This document shows, piece by piece, positions 15,838 through 22,900 of a DNA stretch of 43,772 nt. The stretch covers positions 1 through 43,772 of IMG/VR virus record IMGVR_UViG_3300024284_000009; one strand, given 5' to 3'. Made by a program: the position numbers and the translations under genes. This DNA comes from a virus (Duplodnaviria > Caudoviricetes). The notes beneath the pieces are model-generated. The model was not told the DNA's origin. It saw nothing but the letters and a program-made list of their open reading frames with translations, and did not search any database. The first letter of the stretch is position 1, and each line of letters opens with the position of its first letter.

Positions 15838-16578
15838 CTAGCGGCATGTTCCGGGGTACTCTTGCGAGGAGCCGCCCCCGCCGATCCACACGGAGCACGC
15901 GGAGCCAAATGCGCACGGGGGCGGGTTGCCATCGCTGGTCATGTGGAGGGGCTCATAGGGAGACTGTGAGCACGTTTGAAGGTTCCCCGCCCAGCGGATG
16001 GACACCACCAGCCCTGGGACGTTGGTGGCTGAGCCCGTGCGGACCACATCATCACAGCCCCAGATCTCGGGGGAGGTGGTGGCTCCCGAGGTGGATTTGC
16101 CGATGCGACAGAACGGGCCCCACGGGAACGGGTGAACACCGCCCGCACCACCCGCACCACCCGAGCCCGCGCCACCAGCACCACCCGAGCCCGCGGCGAG
16201 CGAGCCCGCGCCCGCACCACCCGAGCCACCCGAGCCACCAGCACCCGAGCCCGCGGCGAGCGAGCCCTCGCCACCAGCACCGCCCGCACCGCCCGCACCA
16301 CCCAGGCTACCCGCACCACCCGAGCCCGCGGCGAGGCCACCCGCACCACCCGCGCCACCCGCACCCGCGGCGGGTTTAGTTACGGGGGTGGCGGGCTTGG
16401 GGGCGGGAGCGGGAGCACCAGCGGCGGCGGTGATCGCAGTGATCGGCGAGGTGTCGCCGCTGTCACCATCGAGCTCCACCTCGGGGGTGATGATTCCACC
16501 GCCCCCCGCGCTGGTGCTGGTGGGCTCGCACGCGGCGGCGGCGAGGGACACGAATAGGAACGCGTGGCGGTACTGCAT
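15838..16578 (-). CDS. lipoprotein with Gly/Ala-rich linker and Cys-rich C-terminal domain
   Basis: MQYRHAFLFVSLAAAA-C signal/lipobox; GAGGAGG repeats; six Cys in the last ~95 aa. Confidence 0.7.
   Translation of the reverse strand: MQYRHAFLFVSLAAAACEPTSTSAGGGGIITPEVELDGDSGDTSPITAITAAAGAPAPAPKPATPVTKPAAGAGGAGGAGGLAAGSGGAGSLGGAGGAGGAGGEGSLAAGSGAGGSGGSGGAGAGSLAAGSGGAGGAGSGGAGGAGGVHPFPWGPFCRIGKSTSGATTSPEIWGCDDVVRTGSATNVPGLVVSIRWAGNLQTCSQSPYEPLHMTSDGNPPPCAFGSACSVWIGGGGSSQEYPGTCR
16140..16372. repeat. imperfect tandem coding repeats (GCACCACCCGAGCCCGCGGCGAG family)
   Basis: Encodes repeated (S)LAAGSG/GAGG units of the lipoprotein linker. Confidence 0.7.
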
Positions 16579-16601
16579 CCCGCGATCTTCCCCAGGATCG
16601 C

Positions 16602-16844
16602 GTGTATGCTGCTAGCCCCGTGCGACACCCCCACGACTGCGAATATTGCATACCCCTGGGTGAGTACCTGGAATACGACCTATACGCGTGCAACGTCAGC
16701 ACGCTCGCAAGGGGGTACACCTTGATCGCCCGATTCGGAGAGGCGGGAGACTTTCTCTCCCTGTGGGCGAGCATGGTGGATGAGCGGCACCACCCCGCGC
16801 TGGTGGAGGCGTTGCGTGTCGCTCGGGGGCGTGGGCTGGTCTAG
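16602..16844 (+). CDS. hypothetical protein
   Basis: 80-aa ORF, HPHDCEYC...YDLYAC...LIARFGE..GDFLS; fills the gap between two minus-strand genes. Confidence 0.6.
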   Translation: MYAASPVRHPHDCEYCIPLGEYLEYDLYACNVSTLARGYTLIARFGEAGDFLSLWASMVDERHHPALVEALRVARGRGLV

Positions 16845-17455
16845 GCATCCGCCTCCACCACGACATACAGGGGCCCACCCTGCACCCAATCCACGCTCTT
16901 GACCGCCGCATACGCGACATCGTTTTTCGCAAGCATCGGGCTGCGCTCAAGACCAGGTGCGTGGAGGTTGAGGAACCATGTACGCATGTCCTCCGCGGTG
17001 AGCGTGGCGAGCCCATCCGAGCGGGGGGCGCGGAGCCTGGGATCCTGTGGGTCCGTGATGATAGGGGTGGGCGCGGGCTCGGGTGGTGGCGTCTCGCCCT
17101 CGGGTGGGACCATAGGCGGCGGGTTCTCCACGATGAGATACAGCGGCGCCCCTGGTTGCCATTCGAGCCGCCGCGCGGCGAACAGGTAGTCACCAGGGAC
17201 CAGCTTTGCCACCACCACCGTGTTGCTGAGATCTACGCTCCGTAGGTTGACAAACCACGTTTGCGCATCCTGGGCGTTTACGGGGTTTGAGCCACCCGAG
17301 CGGGGACCGTACAGCCGCGGATCGTTGGGGTCCGTGATGGAGCCGAACACCGGGGCGGGCGGCGGCGGTGGGGGCGGCGGCGGTGGGGGCTCGCACACCG
17401 GGGGCGGCGGCGGGGGCGCGGGATGGGCGGAGGCGGTCTTACGAGGTAGCTTCAT
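16841..17455 (-). CDS. Pro-rich protein with a duplicated ~70-aa domain
   Basis: ITDPNDPRLYGPRS...WFVNL...W..GAPLYLIVE and ITDPQDPRLRAPRS...WFLNL...W..GGPLYVVVE; TAGAAT-6 nt-ATG 17455 suggests a leaderless start. Confidence 0.75.
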   Translation of the reverse strand: MKLPRKTASAHPAPPPPPPVCEPPPPPPPPPPPAPVFGSITDPNDPRLYGPRSGGSNPVNAQDAQTWFVNLRSVDLSNTVVVAKLVPGDYLFAARRLEWQPGAPLYLIVENPPPMVPPEGETPPPEPAPTPIITDPQDPRLRAPRSDGLATLTAEDMRTWFLNLHAPGLERSPMLAKNDVAYAAVKSVDWVQGGPLYVVVEADA

Positions 17456-17479
17456 GCGCACATTCTATCGCCTCTTGAC

Positions 17480-17514
17480 AAAAAAGCCGCGGCGATCGTT
17501 AGACCGCCGCGGCT
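17480..17514 (-). terminator. intrinsic terminator downstream of int
   Basis: Minus strand AGCCGCGGCG-N10-CGCCGCGGCT followed by a T run. Confidence 0.65.
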
Positions 17515-17542
17515 CCATGTTTTCCCTATGTCAACAGGGGAT

Positions 17543-17750
17543 GATTAGACACCGTAGTGTCTTTAGCCCCCGCTCATGGGGTGATTATGGAATCTATGGA
17601 CCAGCGATTCCCCCCTGTTTTGCGGGGTTTTGCGGTGGTTTTGAGGGTGCCGAGATTCCATGGTGGAGTTTCAGTCATACCCCTGTTTCTGCGGGGATTT
17701 GGGGGGTGCGGCGGGTGACCATCGTGCGCGGTGTCTTTATGGGTCTAATC
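17543..17750. other. putative attP
   Basis: Arm-like 10-mers at 17543, 17557, 17731, 17741 and a 21-22-bp direct repeat at 17612/17680 around the int stop; TGGTGGAG at 17661. Confidence 0.5.
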
Positions 17751-19075
17751 ACCACCGCAGCCACGGGGCGGAGCCGCAACTCAGGGATCAGCTCATCCAT
17801 GGGGACTAGGGTGAGCTGTTCGGTAGCGATGATGATGTCCGCGCGGCTGCGGTAGCCCTCGATGAGCTCCGTGGAGGAGTGCTCTGTGCGCGCGCGGATG
17901 TAGGAGTCCGGCTTGCCGGTGGCGAGCGCCCAGGTGATGAACAACCCACGCAAGTCATGTCCGCGCACACGGAACTGTTGACGTGCGGGATCGTGGTCGA
18001 ACAGCTCCGCGCGGGTGACTCCCGCATGCCACAGGTAGCGGCGGAAAGTCACCGCCTCATCTGTGGCTGGAAACGTGGTGCGGAAGATAGGCGAGGAGTC
18101 GGGTTCACCTGGGCGGAACCGCTCGCGGTACCTGGTGAGCGCGGAGTAAACCCCCTCATTGAGCGTCCATCGGAGGCGTTTGCCGGTCTTGCAGCTGTAT
18201 GTGGTGCCAAACGCCACCCCGTTCACACACTGGATGTCCGACCACCTCATCGCACGCGCCTCGCTGATTCGGATACCTTCGCGGGCTAGGAAGCAAAAAA
18301 ACACACGATCGTGTACGGAGAGGGTTTGACATCCCCCGAGGTGCTCATCGTCCCGAGGTTCCAGACATGCGTTTACCCGATCCTCCTCCTCGGGTTTAGC
18401 GGCGGCGGAGTTGGGGCGTGTCTCCACACACTGCAACGGATACTCACACAGGGACATCACCTGCGTAAACCGCCGCCACGTGAGGAGCCGGGAGGACTTG
18501 GCGAGGTGGGCGGCGAGGGGCGAGGTAAAGACTTTATTGAAGTGCTCCACGCGTATGTGCTTGGCGAGTAGATCGCCCACCTCGGGGATTACATACAGCT
18601 CCATATCCCGCTTGATCGCCGCTGCGCGCTTTTGGCGTTTCACCTTGGGGTGGTACTTGGAGATCTCTCCCGAGAGCCACCAGCCGATGACTTGGCGAAC
18701 GGTGGGATCTCCATACACCTTACCCTCCACCAGCTGGGCTACCCCCGTAGCGGCGGCGGCGGCGGCGATCTCAGGCTTGGCGAGATCCCGCTCGCGAATG
18801 CGCTCCCAGGTCCCAGGGAGCTTTTCAGGATCCACCCCGCGGGTGCGCTCCACCAGGGTACTGAGCACCGCGGCGAGATCCCCGCGCTGCATCGTCCCAC
18901 CGCTAAACAGCTCCCGCGCGTACCTGGTGAGGTGCGTTTGCAGCTTGGGGATGGTGGCGTCCCCCTCGGGGCGGAGGGTGTTCACGGAGATCTTGACCCC
19001 TCCTCGGAGGGAGATCCGAATCACCACCTCACCCGTGGATGTGACTTTCTGAGTTCCAGTTGCTGGGCGTGCCAT
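17675..19075 (-). CDS. int: tyrosine integrase
   Basis: EGIRISE (R), CKT (K), GHDLR (HxxR), TEH, EGY catalytic residues. Confidence 0.9.
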   Translation of the reverse strand: MARPATGTQKVTSTGEVVIRISLRGGVKISVNTLRPEGDATIPKLQTHLTRYARELFSGGTMQRGDLAAVLSTLVERTRGVDPEKLPGTWERIRERDLAKPEIAAAAAATGVAQLVEGKVYGDPTVRQVIGWWLSGEISKYHPKVKRQKRAAAIKRDMELYVIPEVGDLLAKHIRVEHFNKVFTSPLAAHLAKSSRLLTWRRFTQVMSLCEYPLQCVETRPNSAAAKPEEEDRVNACLEPRDDEHLGGCQTLSVHDRVFFCFLAREGIRISEARAMRWSDIQCVNGVAFGTTYSCKTGKRLRWTLNEGVYSALTRYRERFRPGEPDSSPIFRTTFPATDEAVTFRRYLWHAGVTRAELFDHDPARQQFRVRGHDLRGLFITWALATGKPDSYIRARTEHSSTELIEGYRSRADIIIATEQLTLVPMDELIPELRLRPVAAVVIRPIKTPRTMVTRRTPQIPAETGV

Positions 19076-19124
19076 TGTCGTGTGACTCCTAACGGACCCC
19101 CAAGCGCGGGGGCTCCCGAGTCAT

Positions 19125-19153
19125 ACGCTATGGTGAAAACTCCATATGGTCAA
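19125..19153 (-). promoter_or_regulatory. int promoter with operator TATGGTG-AAAA-CTCCATA (19129-19146)
   Basis: TTGACC-17-TAGCGT with the palindrome occupying the spacer. Confidence 0.75.
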
Positions 19154-19172
19154 GTCCACACACCCTCGCGGC

Positions 19173-19901
19173 TCAGCACCCGTCACCATCGCGCACGTTG
19201 TACGCGGTGAGCAGTATGCGCGGGGGGCTGTAGGGGTGCACAGGCTGGTCACCGATCGCGCTGAGGTTTGACCAGTCAACCCCCGCACCGCTCACGCGCT
19301 CGCCCAGCCACACGCGGGATCGTGCCGACTCGCGTGCGAAGCGATGTCCAAACGTCGAGGCGATCGTGCCATCGCCCCCGAGGTGATCGCAGATATTCGG
19401 GACGGGAACGAACGCCTCGATCGCGTGCTGCGTGAGGTACGCGCGGATCCGCTCATCGTCCCACGCGCCCCACACGCCGCCCATTTGGGGCTCGCGATCG
19501 TCCACCCAGGCGATGAGCTCCGCGCCCATCTCGCGAGGCAACATGAGGCATTGCACGAAGTGGAGATCGCGGGTGCACGCCCATCGTAGCCCCTGGGCGT
19601 GTGCTAGCTCCACCTGATCGCGGGGGAGCCACCCAGCGATGGGCGCGCTGGGCCGTACCGCTGCGAGATGGTTGAGCGTGGCGCGGAAGTCCGCGCACAC
19701 CGCGATGTCATCCGCGAGGATCGCAACGTGCGTCACACCAGGCTCGACACACAGATCCCATGTTGATCGCCACCCATGCCAGCACCCCCGCCGCTCGCGG
19801 TCCAGGTAGACGTGCACACGGCCCCCCACGCGCTCAACCAGCCGCGCGCAGTGGGCCCCGCGCTCCTCAACAGTCATCACCCCGATCGCGACGCTACTCA
19901 T
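19173..19901 (-). CDS. glycosyltransferase-like protein (GT-A fold)
   Basis: N-terminal strand then EER, THVAILADDIAVCADF acidic motif, late VPNICDH; ATGA-coupled to the tail fibre stop. Confidence 0.6.
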   Translation of the reverse strand: MSSVAIGVMTVEERGAHCARLVERVGGRVHVYLDRERRGCWHGWRSTWDLCVEPGVTHVAILADDIAVCADFRATLNHLAAVRPSAPIAGWLPRDQVELAHAQGLRWACTRDLHFVQCLMLPREMGAELIAWVDDREPQMGGVWGAWDDERIRAYLTQHAIEAFVPVPNICDHLGGDGTIASTFGHRFARESARSRVWLGERVSGAGVDWSNLSAIGDQPVHPYSPPRILLTAYNVRDGDGC

Positions 19902-22900
19902 GCGAGCAAACAACACAGATCCGGGGCTTGCCAGTCCGCGGGTGATGGGACTGAGCCTGCATACGTGGTGGTGGTGATGGCAGACGAAACCCCCGAGGTT
20001 TGCAACGTCAACCCCATCTGGTTATCCCCACGCACCGCAAGCGTAGTGGGCTGGGTGGTGGCGAGGCTTACGCGAAGGCCCACCCAAAGGAAGGTCCCCG
20101 CGGCGATCGAACTTGACTGCGATGGGTTAGTTGTACCCTTACGCGAGTTGGGGCCTGTATTGAACAGATCCAACGTATCGAACACAAACAACACTGTGAG
20201 CGTTTGGCCTGTGCCGTTCGGCTGCAACGGTGAACTTGCCACGCATGCTTGAGCGCTCTGTGCACCAGATCCCGCCGCGATCATATAGGTGGATATGGAC
20301 TTGACGATCTGGGGACTGAGCACCTGTCCGATGTATATCCAGTGGATGTTATCCTTCACGATCGTGAACGGTGAATAGATGTCCGCGGGGAGCACGGAGC
20401 GGAAGCCTTTGCGGACATCCTGATCGATCGCTGGGGCGCGGCTCAGCAACAGCCGATCGGACGCAGCCATAAAGCCATCGACTGAGGTGCTCGCGAGCGC
20501 TGGCATCGCGTGCACGTGATCGCTGCGTGGGTGCGTGTTTGCCGAGCCTGCAAACTGTGCGCTTCCGATGCTGAGCGATGCCGGCAACCCTGGGGCGCTA
20601 AACGCCGCCGTGGCTGCACCCGTGGCGATGAGTGCCGATCCCGCCGCGGGGGCGCTACCCTGGATTCTGACTGAGGTTCCAGCATCGATCGCGAGCGCGG
20701 GTGCGGCGAGCCCCGTGTCCGCCACGGGTTTCCAATACGGACTATCAGGGTTATATGAGCTGTTACCGCGACCACACACCCACTGGACACTACTGTTCGT
20801 GGTGAGCTTGAACGTTGCGCTAGTGGGCCATACGCCACCCGCTGAATAAGGGGGCTGGATGTGGCTGGGCGAAGTGGGCGTGATGGTGACGGTAAACCCG
20901 TTGTCCGTCTCAGTGTCGAGCCCGAACACTACACCGCGCAGCACCTGCTCACTGCTAGGGGGTGAAACGAGCGTGAGGCTCGCGTTCGCACCCGTCACAA
21001 GCGATGAGACGTTATAGATCCACCCCGGATAGATGGTGGTTGGGGCCACGGTATCGCGTGGCCAAATCTGCGGCGCCCCTGGATTCTCAGCGAACAACCC
21101 ACTTGCACCTGCCACGGGACGAAACTCGCGATTACAGTACGCCACACCAGCGGGACCCGTGCGCACGATGAACGTAGCCCCGTTGAGCAAGTTCGCGTAC
21201 GCCCCGAGATACGCACCGGACAGCCGCAGATCGAGCTGCCACGGTGTTCCCACACTACCGGGGGCCATCGCTTCGTATAGGCCACAGTTTGCCGCAGCCT
21301 CAAACAGCACCAGGACCAGATTGCCCAGCGCTATAGCAACACCATCGATCGAAAGTGCCCCGTTCGCGTTTGCTGTAAGCCGCGGCTGGTTCGTGGTGAT
21401 CGTGGTGGCGGTATACGCGGGGAGCGTGGTTGCGGTGGCGAGTCTCGCACTGATCTCGACCACCGCCCCCGTGGTGAGCTTGTCCAGAGCGGTCTTGTCC
21501 GTCGCGGACATGAATCCCGCGACCGTTTGACTCGCCACGGCATGCAGACCGCCCGCAGTCTGCGCGCCGTGATCGTGCGCGTGATCGGCGCGTGCAGCGG
21601 TGGTCCCCACGCCCACGGTATTTGCAACACCCACCGCGACGGGTGCAGTGCTCGCGAGCGCGGCGGCTCCCGTGGCCATCCCATCGAGGCGAGTTTTGTC
21701 CGCCGCGGACATGAAACCATCCACCGCGGTGGTCACCAGAGCAGGCATCGCGTGTGCGTGGTCGGAACGCGGGATCGTCACCGCGACACCCGCCGCGCTC
21801 GCCCCGCCCACGGTGAGCGCTACGGGTGCGGCGGTGGCTGGGAGCGCGTGAGTGTGATCGCTCAGGGCTAGCGTAGCGGCGGAGCCCGCTGCGTTTGCAC
21901 CCGCGAGCGTGAGCGCCACCGGGGTCCCAGCGGCGGGGAGCGCGTGAATGTGGTCCGCACGGACCAGCGAGGTGGATGCACCCGCGCTACTCGCCGCGCC
22001 CATCGTGAGGGATGCAGGGGTTGCCACCAGCACCGCGTGGCGGTGGTCCGATCGTGAGGCGGTGACAGCCGCGCCCACGGCTCCCGCGGTGGTGTCCAGG
22101 CTCACGGGGGTGGATCCGCCCACCGCCGCCGCCCCGTCCGCCATCGCATCGAGGCGGATCTTATCCGCCACACCTGCGATCCGCTGGAACGTGAGCGCGG
22201 TGGTTCCGAGGGTGATCGGCTGCGGGGTGGTGAGTTGCCACGTGGTGGCGATCTCCCCCGCCGCTCCCTCGCTCACATAGAACATGAGCCCCGTGGTGAC
22301 TTTCGCGGAGGTGTCCGCATCGGTGGCGCGGCTCCACGCACCCGCCGCCGCCACATAGATCCCATTGTTTGCCGCTACGGACTGTCCCACGCACCCCACG
22401 CGGTCCCCCGCCGCTGGGGTAACGCCGCTCACGGCTGCGAGCCCCGAGAGCCCCACGTTGCTGGTAGCCACCAGCCTAACGGACTGTTTGATGTCTGACG
22501 TTTGAACAGTCAGATCTAAATACGCGCGGGTGACTGCGTCTTGTGCAGCGGTGGGATCGCCCACCCCCGTGATCCGCTGCGCGTTCACCGCGATCGGGGT
22601 GGCGGCGGCGGCGAGCGCGGTGAGCGTGACATCCGCCCCGGTGGCGATGGTGTTGAGTTTGGTTTTGTCCGCGGCGGATGAGAATCCATCCACGCTAGGG
22701 GTCACAAGCCCAGGCATCGCGTGGGTGTGGTCCGAGCGGACCAGGGTGGAGGCGGAGCCCGCCGCACCCGCACCACCCACGGTGAGCGCCACGGGTGAGC
22801 CCACTGAGACCTGGTGGCGGTGGTCTATGCGTGAGCCCGTGATCCCCGTTCCAGCATCACCCGCGGCGGTGTCGACTATCGCGGGGAGCGTGCTCGCGAG

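Noticed and set aside
13670-15841. CRISPR mini-array or classical integron attC array
   Set aside because: Repeats occur in both orientations, are separated by whole genes rather than 30-40-nt spacers, contain -35/-10 boxes and lack the RYYYAAC...GTTRRRY attC ends; no cas genes are present
15744-16557. His/Pro/Arg-rich or Thr/Arg-rich ORFs (15744..16379, 16132..16557, 15939..16364)
   Set aside because: Alternative-frame shadows of the Gly-rich lipoprotein repeats
17640-17700. tRNA or tmRNA gene near the integrase
   Set aside because: Only the terminal 8-mer matches; no T-arm GTTCRA or cloverleaf is visible
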